Virus record (IMG/VR): IMGVR_UViG_3300027971_000004
Span: 1-59,567 of that record
Source: a virus
Lineage: Duplodnaviria > Caudoviricetes
Direction: 5' to 3' (one strand)
Length of the DNA: 59,567 nucleotides
Each line of letters opens with the position of its first letter. The first letter of the stretch is position 1. A model generated the notes under the pieces. The model was not told the origin of the DNA and did no database searches. It saw nothing but the letters and a program-made list of their open reading frames with translations. Of this stretch, positions 24,916 to 34,634 are shown piece after piece. The position numbers and the translations under genes are program-made.

Positions 24916-27900
24916 CATCTGCATCGGGTCCATGACGAGTTGCTGCTTCTTCTTCTCGCGGGCACGCTTGGCTGCCTCGGACTGGATGATCTTGTAGAGG
25001 AGGTACATGTCCTGCTGTTCCTTCGGCATGTTCATCAGAACATCTTCGGGGACGGCAATGTTCTCAAACGTCCTGACCCCTGGCGTTGTCTCCAGGATGC
25101 TGTTAAGCATGTCTCTCGCCGCCAGTCTCTTGGCTCGGTCGGAGTCAACGTCGGTGAGCTTGGCTCCAGCGAGGAGATTGAACGCCGCCTTCTGCAGGGC
25201 CTGTCCGCTTGTCATTCGATCATCGGTCGCCTGGCGATACAGGCCGAGGCCGCGGGCACCAAACGGGACAAAGTTTGTGACGAGCTGTTCCAGTGGTCTG
25301 CCTATCGGGCCAAGGTCCTGCTCAAGCACCGAGTACAAGTCGGACATCTGCCGGCCGCTGTACAGCTGACGGTTGGTGATGTACTCCAATGGCGCTTTGA
25401 GAAGTGGATTGGTCTGCCCAAGGATGTTGGAGCCAGTCTTGCGGATGGTGTCAGCAAGAGTTGAAGACGCATCCGCGCCCACCCCTTGCGTGTAAGTCTG
25501 GAACAGGCTCTCCCATGGCAGGTCGATGTTGTTGAGATAACGCTTGAGTTCTGGGTTGCCAGACCCACCAAGGATTCCTGGCAGGTCGGCGGGCAGCGGG
25601 ATTGCCGCAGACTGCCGTAGATGCTCAGGGACGAAGTTGTCTTGCGACGGCTCTGATCCGCGGTTGACGGCACGGATGAGCTGGTTCTGCAATCCGCCCG
25701 GTCGCTCAACGACGTTGGTCGCGATACTCGGGATGATGCCCTTCTGAAAACTGTAGAACGGGATTAGCCGTTTTAATCCCTTCTCAAAGCCCGTAAACGC
25801 TTGGGGCCGGTAGTCCACGTTTGAGAGGAACGACACATCCGCGGCCCGCCGCGGGTCCACTCCCTTCCTAATTTGGTTGAGGAACATGCCGCCTCGCAGC
25901 GAGTCCTCCACCCGCTGGCCCACAGCATCGTTGAGGACAAGCAGCGGATTAGTGTTCTCGCGCATCGGGTTCTGCGTGAACCCAACGCCACGCATTGAGA
26001 ACATGTCGCTGAGATATTGCCGCCAGCCACGGCCCCTTGGCATGGCTGCGTTGGCGACTTGGGCGGCAACCGATGTCGGGTCGGAGCCAAGGTACATGCC
26101 CTTCATCGCCTGCTCTGGCATTCCAGCAACGTCATCCAGTGCATTGCTGCCGGTGACCTGAGTGGCTCCAGTCAGGTCCAGGTATCTTGCGACCCGCTCT
26201 TCGTCAGTGAGGTTCTCAAATCCGGGGGCGTTTCGCAGTCGCCTGGCGAGCGGGCCGTAGTCGCCAGCGCTCGCCCGGTTTGCGGCCATCATGTCCCACA
26301 GATTGAACGCGCCGTGCGTTGCGGCATTGATCGCACCGCTATAGGCATTGCGAGTGTGGAAGGACGGGGCGGCGAGGGCACCGACCTTAAACATGTTGGT
26401 GAACTGATCGACCGCACCAAGCAAGCCCCTCTCGGGCATGGCAAGCTGGGTCTTCGGGGCCAGCGTGCGAAGTGCGTCTGAGTATCGCTCGTTGATTGAC
26501 AGGTTGGTCGGGTCTGCCCCAAACCTATCGTTCCACATCTGCCGGAAAGAAGCCGGATCAAATCCGAATCGCTCGGCAGCCTGCGTCAGCGGGATGCTTG
26601 TGCCGCCGACAACCTGATTAGCTTGGATGGGTTCTGCCAATTCGCCCATCTGGCGGATCAGCTCTTCGGCGTTGGCTCGGTTGGTGGCCTGGCCCGCGGA
26701 ATAGCGAGCCATGTTGTTCCATGGGTCGCTGTCAAAGATGCCTCGCCGGTTGGTGGCGAACTGCGTGTCTGCGGCCCGGAGCAAGTCGGCAAGCTGCGTG
26801 TACATGCCGTTGATGGCTTGGTCGGCCTGATCCAGCATCTGCTGCTGAATCGCAGGCGTGCCGTTGATGTACGCTGGGTCGTTTAGGACATCGTCCATCC
26901 ACGGCTGGTACGGGTCCTGGATGCCGATCTGCCCAAAGGCGTTGTCCAGGATTCCGCGGACCTGATCGTCGCTGGCGCCAATGAGCTGCTGCTGAAGCGC
27001 CGCCGAGTCCAAGCGGGGATTGAGGTTTCCCGTCAGCTCCCGGAAGGTCCGCATGCCACCAGGGAGGTCGGTGTACGCCTGCCGTCTACGGCCGAAGTTG
27101 TCTTGCGTACCAAGGATTCGCTCGGCCCGGGACCAAGGCTTCTCGCGGACCTGCGCCGCACCCGGTCGCACAGGAGCGCGGTCCTGCTGCCAGAAGTGAA
27201 GCTGACGCGGGAACCAGTCTGTTCCTTGGCGACTCGCCCATTGCGTGACAGGAAGTCCAAGATCATTGGCAGCAACATTAGCGTTGCGACCAAGGGTGGC
27301 AAACTCGTCCCGGACGTTTCGGAACTCTGGGACGTTCTCCATGACCCAGTCGGCCATCTCGTCGCCCGATCCGCGAGCGCCGGAATAGTAGGCCCCGTTC
27401 GGGAGCATGGGGCCGAAATGCCCGGTCGGGGTTCCGCCTCCGCCTTCAACCCAGTCGGCCATGGATTGGCGAAGCCGGGCGTTGTCGAACGTCCGCAAGT
27501 CATCGGGTATCGCCTGGCCAGCAAGCGACCCGGCCGAAGCAGGAAAGAACTCCGGAGCCTCTGCGTTGAGCGCCTCGCGCTGAAGCCTGGTTTGCCGCAG
27601 TCGGTCAGCGTATGCCAGGTCATCGGCGTTGCGATAGGCCCGGCGGTTGGCATCCTGGACCAGGTTGGTCAACTCAAGGTCGCGGTTCCAGTACTCGCCG
27701 GCCGACTTATCAAACGCTGCCGCTCCCCAGCGAGTGGCGTGACCGATGATTGGGGCATTCCGGGAGAAGTGCCCAAACCTATCTGCGGCATTGGCGACCG
27801 CATCACCGACCGGGCCGAGGTTGTATGAGAAGCCGATGTTGGTGCCCGGGATGCGAACGTCATCGAACGCACCCATAGCCTGGTCCAGCCCATCGGGGCC

Positions 27901-28530
27901 AACCCCAAACCTGTCAAGCTGCTGCATCAATCGCTGTTCGGTGTCGGCACGCACCGCGGGGTCAGCAATGGTGAGCAGTTGTTCCCGCGGCGTGGTGTTC
28001 CGCATGTAGTTGCGAACGCCAGTCACGCCAGGAGTGTCGGCTGCATCAAGGGCCACGTTGCGAAGCATGCCCGCAGCTTCCGTGGCCTTGCCGGCAAGCG
28101 TCTTGGCGCCGCGACCAAAGAGAGTGCTAAGTCCAAACGAGCCGTAAGTGAGCGGATCAAGAAGCACTTCGGCAGCAAGCCCGCCACCGAAGTTTCCCCA
28201 GGTATCCTCGTCTCCGACCATTCCGTACTGGCGAAGAAGCTCTCGCCCAGTAACGCGATCCTCAGATGTGCCAAACGCACTGAGGGGATCGCCTGCAAGC
28301 GTGCCGCGTATCAAGGCGCCTGGAGTGTCAAACAGATAGCCAGCCGCCGCCAGTCCAGAGGAACCAATCTGGGCCAGTGAATTGAGGAGGCTGCTCTGCT
28401 CCTCCTTTGGCATCAGGTCAGCGATCTGCCGCCGACGCTTCTGCCCAGTCAGGGGGTCAATGTCGTAGTCGGACTGCCCGGTCAGCAGTCCATCTGGATC
28501 ATAGAGATCGAAGAGCGGGGAGCGTGCCAT
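24898..28530 (-). CDS. Large internal virion/ejection protein (1210 aa)
   Basis: Last and largest gene of the virion operon; C-terminal IPFYSF and NPLLKAPLEYITNRQLYSGR motifs typical of podoviral ejected proteins. Confidence 0.7.
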   Translation of the reverse strand: MARSPLFDLYDPDGLLTGQSDYDIDPLTGQKRRRQIADLMPKEEQSSLLNSLAQIGSSGLAAAGYLFDTPGALIRGTLAGDPLSAFGTSEDRVTGRELLRQYGMVGDEDTWGNFGGGLAAEVLLDPLTYGSFGLSTLFGRGAKTLAGKATEAAGMLRNVALDAADTPGVTGVRNYMRNTTPREQLLTIADPAVRADTEQRLMQQLDRFGVGPDGLDQAMGAFDDVRIPGTNIGFSYNLGPVGDAVANAADRFGHFSRNAPIIGHATRWGAAAFDKSAGEYWNRDLELTNLVQDANRRAYRNADDLAYADRLRQTRLQREALNAEAPEFFPASAGSLAGQAIPDDLRTFDNARLRQSMADWVEGGGGTPTGHFGPMLPNGAYYSGARGSGDEMADWVMENVPEFRNVRDEFATLGRNANVAANDLGLPVTQWASRQGTDWFPRQLHFWQQDRAPVRPGAAQVREKPWSRAERILGTQDNFGRRRQAYTDLPGGMRTFRELTGNLNPRLDSAALQQQLIGASDDQVRGILDNAFGQIGIQDPYQPWMDDVLNDPAYINGTPAIQQQMLDQADQAINGMYTQLADLLRAADTQFATNRRGIFDSDPWNNMARYSAGQATNRANAEELIRQMGELAEPIQANQVVGGTSIPLTQAAERFGFDPASFRQMWNDRFGADPTNLSINERYSDALRTLAPKTQLAMPERGLLGAVDQFTNMFKVGALAAPSFHTRNAYSGAINAATHGAFNLWDMMAANRASAGDYGPLARRLRNAPGFENLTDEERVARYLDLTGATQVTGSNALDDVAGMPEQAMKGMYLGSDPTSVAAQVANAAMPRGRGWRQYLSDMFSMRGVGFTQNPMRENTNPLLVLNDAVGQRVEDSLRGGMFLNQIRKGVDPRRAADVSFLSNVDYRPQAFTGFEKGLKRLIPFYSFQKGIIPSIATNVVERPGGLQNQLIRAVNRGSEPSQDNFVPEHLRQSAAIPLPADLPGILGGSGNPELKRYLNNIDLPWESLFQTYTQGVGADASSTLADTIRKTGSNILGQTNPLLKAPLEYITNRQLYSGRQMSDLYSVLEQDLGPIGRPLEQLVTNFVPFGARGLGLYRQATDDRMTSGQALQKAAFNLLAGAKLTDVDSDRAKRLAARDMLNSILETTPGVRTFENIAVPEDVLMNMPKEQQDMYLLYKIIQSEAAKRAREKKKQQLVMDPMQMLGING

Positions 28531-30129
28531 TTATCCCGTGAACCCACCGTCAGCACCGCCGGCACCGGGAGCCGTGGCGCCAGCAGGCGGAACTGCTGCT
28601 GCTTGGCGACCACCCTTGCGAGCCGCAATGCTGTCAACTATCTCCCGCGCCTGCTCTCGCGTGGTGCCTGGGTATCTCTGCATGATGTCATTTACCGCGG
28701 CCTCCTGCTCGGCAGGCGTGAACTCATCAAACCCGAATGCAGAAGACACCCAGCCAGAGTCGTAGGCATAGTTGTCGCCAATGTGGCCCTCGGCCCAAGT
28801 CAGCATGTCTTGCCGGTCCTTGGCCTTCTGCTGCTCAAGTGCGGCCTGCTGCAGGGGAGTGGCGCCGGGGTTGTTCGTCAAGAATGCCGTCATTGCCCGC
28901 TGCGCCATTCCTGCCGCCGCCTCGGCGTTTGCGGCATCCACCTGAGCGTGCAGCTGTCCACCCGGGAGCATGTACTTCATGGCGTTTGCTCGGTCCTCGT
29001 CGCTCATGTTAACAAGAGATTGAGCAATCCAGCGGTTGCCTGAGTTGAGGTTCTGCGACCCGCCGGCAAGCATCGCTGTAGCCTGCCAGTTGGCTCGGCG
29101 CTTGTCGCGTTCTGCGGACAGCTCTTGCCGGCGGCGCTTTTGATTGTCTTCTTGCTGTTTGCGGAACTCAGGCGTCGGTGCGTAAACGGAACGAGGAACG
29201 CCATCGGGGCCAACGGCAATGTCCATTTCGTACTTGCCGTCCAAGTATGGCTTGGCAAGTCCGGTGCGAGGTCCTGGCCGACCGGGTCCACCGGGAATCG
29301 CATACTTGTTTCTATTGGCCACATAGGCAGGCTGGTATGAAACACCGTCCGGAGTCACAACCGGAACGTATCCGCGAGCCTGCATGTCCCGATCTCGCTG
29401 CGACAGCCCCCCGGGCTTGCGAGTGTTGTAAGCCTCGGCCTCCTCTGCAGTCAGGCCGCGAGACGGCGCGGGAGAATTTCCGTCCAACGTGCGAGGGCCA
29501 GGAACCGTGGAGTCGGCAAAGTCCGGCGCCACGGATTCGGTGCCGCCGAAAGGACGGCCATCGTCCTCGGACTCAGCGTAGTCACTTGGATAGTTTTGGT
29601 AGTCAAGTTCGCTGGTGTTGGCACCACGCCAGTGATTGCGGCGAATCGCTTGGCGGCTGCCATAGATGCTCCCTGCGCCAAGTCGCTCACCTTGGCCTGG
29701 GTTGCGGATGTCAACCCTCCCCAGCCTGGCCGCATTCCCGGCCTCGTCGTAGCCGTACTCTGGGTGGCCAGTCTCGGCGTTGTAGTTGGTTTCAAAAGCA
29801 GCCATCCGCGCGTTGGCGGCTTTGCTCTCAGCAATTCGTTGACGCAGGGCTGCGTTGTCCCTTGGGTTGTTGTAGTGATCAAACAGCTCTGGCGACATCT
29901 CTTCGCCATGGATTTCGCGCATGCGGTCTACAACCATGGCGGCAGTGCGAGGGTCATCGCCAAGGCCCACAAGTCGGTCGATTTGAGCCTGCCTAACATC
30001 GCTCGGCAAAGGCCCGGCTCCCGCCGTAGGCTCAACAGCGATAGGCGTGGCAGCGGCCTCAAGGTTGGCGTCCACGTTATCAACAGTCTCATACGCCCCA
30101 TTGGGGAGGCGGCGATGCTTGACGGCCAT
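28531..30129 (-). CDS. Probable internal virion protein
   Basis: 532 aa, AAGGAG RBS, position in the operon. Confidence 0.6.
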   Translation of the reverse strand: MAVKHRRLPNGAYETVDNVDANLEAAATPIAVEPTAGAGPLPSDVRQAQIDRLVGLGDDPRTAAMVVDRMREIHGEEMSPELFDHYNNPRDNAALRQRIAESKAANARMAAFETNYNAETGHPEYGYDEAGNAARLGRVDIRNPGQGERLGAGSIYGSRQAIRRNHWRGANTSELDYQNYPSDYAESEDDGRPFGGTESVAPDFADSTVPGPRTLDGNSPAPSRGLTAEEAEAYNTRKPGGLSQRDRDMQARGYVPVVTPDGVSYQPAYVANRNKYAIPGGPGRPGPRTGLAKPYLDGKYEMDIAVGPDGVPRSVYAPTPEFRKQQEDNQKRRRQELSAERDKRRANWQATAMLAGGSQNLNSGNRWIAQSLVNMSDEDRANAMKYMLPGGQLHAQVDAANAEAAAGMAQRAMTAFLTNNPGATPLQQAALEQQKAKDRQDMLTWAEGHIGDNYAYDSGWVSSAFGFDEFTPAEQEAAVNDIMQRYPGTTREQAREIVDSIAARKGGRQAAAVPPAGATAPGAGGADGGFTG

Positions 30130-30138
30130 GAATGCTCC

Positions 30139-31212
30139 TTACCTTGCGTTTCTCATCTGATCGCCCATGGCCTGGAGGCGACGAACCTCCGCCATGACCT
30201 TCTGCGTATCGGCCACTTCACCGCCGGCTTCCATGCGACGAGCGTTCAAGTCTTGGAGAAGACGCTGTGCCTCGCCGTGGTAGTCGGTAGGCATTGCGGG
30301 CTTGTAGCCCGGCGCATTCTTCTGCTGATTCGCCATCCCAAGCAGCCGGTCAATCTCGGCCATCATCTGCTTGGCTTCTGGCACCTCGCCGCCAGCGGCC
30401 TTGCGCATGGCGTTGAGCTTGCCCATCAACTCGCGGGCTTGGAATGAGTAGTCCACAGGGGCGTTTCGCTTCGCCTCGCGGGCGAGGTACTGACGCTTGA
30501 ACCTGTCGGCAAACTCCTGCTCATCGGGCGGCATGTCAGGCTCAACGCTTGGCGCCGGCCGGGATTCTGCCGCAAGGTCTTCCGTGCCCGAGGTGTCGGT
30601 CATGTCGCCTTGGGTAGGCGTCTCGCCAGACGGGTACATCGAACTCAGGCCCGCACCAATTCCGACAGTTGCGGCAGCGGCACCGAGTTCACCGAGTCCT
30701 TCACGCATGCCCTGGGCACGCTGGGCATCAGCGGCCCGAGTGGCTCTGGCGGCGGAGTTGGTGGAGTTGAGTTCCTGCCCAGCAATGCGGGCAAGCTGCG
30801 GGTCTTGATTCCGCAGGTTGGGCGTGCGGCCACGGCGAAGGTTGTCGTTGGCCCGATAGCCCTTGTCCAGCTGATGCCAGAGCGGAGAGCCGAGTTCAAA
30901 GTCTTCAGCGGCTGCGGGGCGCGAAAGGGTCGGGCCTTCGGGCATGTTGGCGTTGATCACATCGTCAAACAGTTTTGTGCCGTCCACACTTGTTCCGCCA
31001 CGCTGCGGGCTGAACAAGTATGACGTTCCATACCTCTCCTGAGATGCCCGCATGTCATCCCAGAGCGCGTTGCTTCCGTGCATCTCTTGCGAGTGGCGAG
31101 TTGCTGCGCGGGCCACATCGTCCGCAACGTCAAGCGGGACGCCAGCCGCTGGACGGCCGACAAGCCTGCGAATTGCATCAACGGTTTCGCCCCACTTGCT
31201 TGGATTACCCAT
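30139..31212 (-). CDS. Probable internal virion protein with C-terminal tandem repeat
   Basis: Two copies of DY...A..L...LNA.R..AGGEV......MAE..RL..M..Q..NA. Confidence 0.65.
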   Translation of the reverse strand: MGNPSKWGETVDAIRRLVGRPAAGVPLDVADDVARAATRHSQEMHGSNALWDDMRASQERYGTSYLFSPQRGGTSVDGTKLFDDVINANMPEGPTLSRPAAAEDFELGSPLWHQLDKGYRANDNLRRGRTPNLRNQDPQLARIAGQELNSTNSAARATRAADAQRAQGMREGLGELGAAAATVGIGAGLSSMYPSGETPTQGDMTDTSGTEDLAAESRPAPSVEPDMPPDEQEFADRFKRQYLAREAKRNAPVDYSFQARELMGKLNAMRKAAGGEVPEAKQMMAEIDRLLGMANQQKNAPGYKPAMPTDYHGEAQRLLQDLNARRMEAGGEVADTQKVMAEVRRLQAMGDQMRNAR

Positions 31213-31484
31213 TACTTCTTCCCCTTCTTCTTCGGAACGTCAGGCAGTTCGTCATCGCCGTCGTACGGGAGGTCATCGTCAGTGACCATCGGCGTGTTGG
31301 GCTTGCCGTGCTTCTCCTCATGGAGGTCGGCTAGATCGTTCTTCTCTGCCTTGGCGCCAGTTTTCTTGCCAAGGTTCTTGACAATCTTCTTCTCCTCATC
31401 GTCATCAGCGACAAGGAGTTGCTTGACCAGCCGCTTCAGTGCGGTGTTGGTGAGATCGTCTAGATCAAAATCTATACGTGCCAT
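31212..31484 (-). CDS. Small highly charged protein
   Basis: D/E/K-rich; MARIDFDLDD... Confidence 0.7.
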   Translation of the reverse strand: MARIDFDLDDLTNTALKRLVKQLLVADDDEEKKIVKNLGKKTGAKAEKNDLADLHEEKHGKPNTPMVTDDDLPYDGDDELPDVPKKKGKK

Positions 31485-31935
31485 TGTAGTTTCCGAAGGA
31501 ACCGAGATTGCTTGTGTTACCAATGCTCCCCAGCAAGCCGCCGAGAGCGTTACCCTGGAAGTTCAGTACGTTCTGATTGCGCTGCAGAGCGGCCATCGCG
31601 TTGGCGTAGTCGTTCTGCTGTGCGATGTTGGAGATGCCCTGACCGAAGTTCTCTTGGTTGGTCTGGTACTGGAGCGTGTTGTTGGCGTTGGTGGACGCAT
31701 CCTGAGCGGGAACCTGATACGCTTTAGCAATGCCGCCAGCGAGGTTCTGGGCCGCTTGAATGCCCGCCACAGCCATCGTCCCCTTGCCACGGGACACGCC
31801 ATTGCGGTCCATGGCCTTCATGTTGAATCGCGGATCGGCCGCTGCCTGGGCATTAGCCAGTTCCGTGTTGAACATGCCCTGCGTGTTCGGGACCTGCTGC
31901 GGGGCGAACGTCGAAGTTGTTGTGGCGTAGTTCAT
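31465..31935 (-). CDS. Q/N/A-rich helical virion protein
   Basis: Composition and position. Confidence 0.65.
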   Translation of the reverse strand: MNYATTTSTFAPQQVPNTQGMFNTELANAQAAADPRFNMKAMDRNGVSRGKGTMAVAGIQAAQNLAGGIAKAYQVPAQDASTNANNTLQYQTNQENFGQGISNIAQQNDYANAMAALQRNQNVLNFQGNALGGLLGSIGNTSNLGSFGNYNGTYRF

Positions 31936-32300
31936 CAGAAGATGTTTCCGAGAAGTCCGTTAAGCCCGCCAGACAACTTGCCGAGATAGTCCAGCTTCAT
32001 CGACTGCTGCGAGTTGGCGAGGTTGTTTGCGTTCTGCTGGGCCGTAGCCATCTGCTGCAGTCCCGCGAGAGCTGTGGACTGCTGCGCCTTCTGTGCGTTG
32101 GCAAGGTACTCGTTGTTGGTGGTTGCCGCGGCACGTTCGTAGTCCAAGCCCGCAGCCATGGCGCGGGCGTTGTAGACATCCGCTGCCGAGCCGGGGTACT
32201 GAAGTACGCCACCCTGCGCAGCCAGCCCGGCCAGAGCCTGCTGCTGCATGCCTTGGGTGACCGGCGGCTTGTTTTGAATGCCAGTGTCGTATGAGAGCAT
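31935..32300 (-). CDS. Q/A-rich helical virion protein
   Basis: TAATG coupling; ends GGLNGLLGNIF. Confidence 0.65.
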   Translation of the reverse strand: MLSYDTGIQNKPPVTQGMQQQALAGLAAQGGVLQYPGSAADVYNARAMAAGLDYERAAATTNNEYLANAQKAQQSTALAGLQQMATAQQNANNLANSQQSMKLDYLGKLSGGLNGLLGNIF

Positions 32301-34609
32301 TAGCGGTAGTACGCCTGGTTCATTCGGTCGAACGTGGCATTGCCTGTCGGCCTCACTGGGTTGGCCTGTTTCCACGCGGCAGTCGCAGCGGCGGTGTCGG
32401 CGCGGGCCTTGGCCATCATCTCGGCCTGCGATTGCATCGGACGTTGCTGTGGCTGCTGGAACCCGCCGTTGGCCATCTTGTACAGGTCAGTTACCTGCTG
32501 CATGGCGCCTTGGCGACCTGCGTTGTTGGAGTTGTTGAACGAGCCATACGCCGACCCCATCTGCGATCCGATAGAGCCGATCTGGCCAGCGCCTTGCTTG
32601 AGTGCCGACCCCAGAAGTTCCGCGCCGTCGCGTGGGATGTTGGCGTAGAACTGGTTCATGCCGTTGTTGAGTTGGCCATAACCACTCGCCAAGGCGCCAC
32701 GCATGTTGCCAAGGCCACTGTTTACCCAACTGCCCAACAGGTTGTCGTTCGTAGCCATCGAACTACCGAGCTGATCCCTGCCGGCCTGTCCGGTCTGCAT
32801 GAGGTAACTAGCGATGGGCGACGAGTTGATGGAGTTGCGAGACTGATTGATCGCGTCATAGCCCTGACTGAGTGACGATCCGATCCCTGACTGCGACCGA
32901 GAGAAGTCGTTGTTGATGCCACTCATGGTGGTGTTCAACATGCCGGGGATGGCGCCGGCTTGGCTGGCCGTGTTCCGCAGCGCCCCGAAGGCGTTAGCCC
33001 CATCGCGGTCCATCGCCTGCATGGAGGTGTTCAGCATGCCTGGAATCTGGCGGTTGGCCGATGCTAATCCTCTGTTGAGGTTGGCATACCCTTGCTGGCC
33101 AGCGGACCCGATGCCCTGCATGCCCGAGTTAAACATGCCGGGGATGTTGGAGAGCTGGTTTGAGAGAGCGCCGAGCTGGCCGTAGGTCGAAGCGGAGTTA
33201 TTCCCAATCGCCCCACCGCCCGCCGCACCTGTCCCATAAAGCCCGCTGAGGACGGCCTGGTCTGCGCCGCCCATCTGACTTGCGGCGTATGGCGTCTGGT
33301 TCGGGAAAGGTGCCAAGTATTGCGGACTCTGATACCAGGCCGGCGAAGGATTGGGCGAGTATCCGCCACCAGTGCCGCCGCCCCCATAGCCTCCGCCACC
33401 ACCACCAGACGAGTAGCCGCCAGATGCGTACCCGAGCGGCTCGCCAGCCGCCGTCATGCTTACGCCACCGCTTCCGCCGCCACCACCAAACGCGCTGCCA
33501 GCAACTCCGATCTGCCCAAGCCCAAGCTCCCGGGCCAATCCAAGTTTGGCCATGTCTGCCTGATAGCTGGCGCCGGTGTTGTATCCGCCGAGATTTGTGT
33601 TGGCCAGCGAAGACAGCATGTTGCCACGCGCTGTCTGCGATGCAGCCCCGTACTGCCCTTGGGCGGTCCCCAGTGTGCCGTACATGTTGCCGAGGGCGGT
33701 GTTGGTGGCCGATCCGAAATTGCCTGCGGCGGTGCCGAGACTTCCGGCAGCCTGACCGTACGCATTGCCCATCGCGCCGGCCATGTTGCCGTAAGCGCCG
33801 GCCATGCTTCCGCCAAGGGCAGCGTTGGACGAGTTGTAGCTGTTGAGCGCGGAGCCATAGGCCGACCCGAGCGCCCCGGCCGTGTTGCCCCGAGCCGTCG
33901 CCAAGCCAGTGCCAAGATTGCCAGCCGAGTTTGCAATCCCGCCCAAGACGCTGCCGTACGCAGTGCCAAGAGAGCTTGCCGCGTTGGCCCTCGCGGTGGA
34001 GGTTCCGGTCCCGAGCTGGCCGTAAGCGTTTGCCCCAGCGCCACCAAGGGACGCTGCGGAAGCACCAAGGCCGGCGAGGGCATTGTTCTGGGAGGCCCCG
34101 TAGGAACTCATGGCTCCTTGGTTCGCGGCCTGCATGTCGGCCATGGCCCGGTAGGCGGCAGACTGATTCTGGGCCTGGGCACCAAACGCCCCGCTCATCA
34201 TCTGGCCCATCGAACTCAGGCCAGCCGTGCCGATGTTGGCGGCGGCAATCTGCCGCGCTGCCTCGGTCTGGCCCATCGCAGAAGTCTGATTGGAATACAG
34301 GTTCTGGAGGTTGTTGCCGTAGTTGCCGTACAGATTGGCCAGCGACGAGCCAATCCCGCTCATGCCTTGGTTGTAGGCGTTAAAGGCGTTAGCGCCAGAT
34401 GTGGCGTAGTTGCCGTAGATGTTGGCCGGCTGACCGTACAGCGTCCCCTGGGCCGCGGCTTGGGCAGCCCCAATTTGGCCATTGGCGGCAGCCTGGGCGG
34501 AGTCAACTTGGCCGTAAGCCTTTAAGTGATCCGAGGCGACTTTGGCAGCCGCGGCTTGGGACACCGGATCGCCGCTGAAGGTGTAGTTCGGGACTTTGAT
34601 AAAGGCCAT
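32300..34609 (-). CDS. Gly/Ala/Ser-rich DNA-pilot/ejection-tube-like protein
   Basis: 769 aa with ~11-residue quasi-repeats (LGxAYG..); AGGAG RBS. Confidence 0.65.
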   Translation of the reverse strand: MAFIKVPNYTFSGDPVSQAAAAKVASDHLKAYGQVDSAQAAANGQIGAAQAAAQGTLYGQPANIYGNYATSGANAFNAYNQGMSGIGSSLANLYGNYGNNLQNLYSNQTSAMGQTEAARQIAAANIGTAGLSSMGQMMSGAFGAQAQNQSAAYRAMADMQAANQGAMSSYGASQNNALAGLGASAASLGGAGANAYGQLGTGTSTARANAASSLGTAYGSVLGGIANSAGNLGTGLATARGNTAGALGSAYGSALNSYNSSNAALGGSMAGAYGNMAGAMGNAYGQAAGSLGTAAGNFGSATNTALGNMYGTLGTAQGQYGAASQTARGNMLSSLANTNLGGYNTGASYQADMAKLGLARELGLGQIGVAGSAFGGGGGSGGVSMTAAGEPLGYASGGYSSGGGGGGYGGGGTGGGYSPNPSPAWYQSPQYLAPFPNQTPYAASQMGGADQAVLSGLYGTGAAGGGAIGNNSASTYGQLGALSNQLSNIPGMFNSGMQGIGSAGQQGYANLNRGLASANRQIPGMLNTSMQAMDRDGANAFGALRNTASQAGAIPGMLNTTMSGINNDFSRSQSGIGSSLSQGYDAINQSRNSINSSPIASYLMQTGQAGRDQLGSSMATNDNLLGSWVNSGLGNMRGALASGYGQLNNGMNQFYANIPRDGAELLGSALKQGAGQIGSIGSQMGSAYGSFNNSNNAGRQGAMQQVTDLYKMANGGFQQPQQRPMQSQAEMMAKARADTAAATAAWKQANPVRPTGNATFDRMNQAYYR

Positions 34610-34619
34610 GAGTTTCTCC

Positions 34620-34634
34620 TACTGACTAATGCCC
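34620..34634 (-). promoter_or_regulatory. Putative late-promoter motif
   Basis: GGGCATTAGTCAGTA. Confidence 0.6.

Noticed and set aside
33320-34525. Long plus-strand ORFs such as 33320..34525, 42833..44167 and 52219..53193
   Set aside because: Shadows of high-GC minus-strand structural genes.
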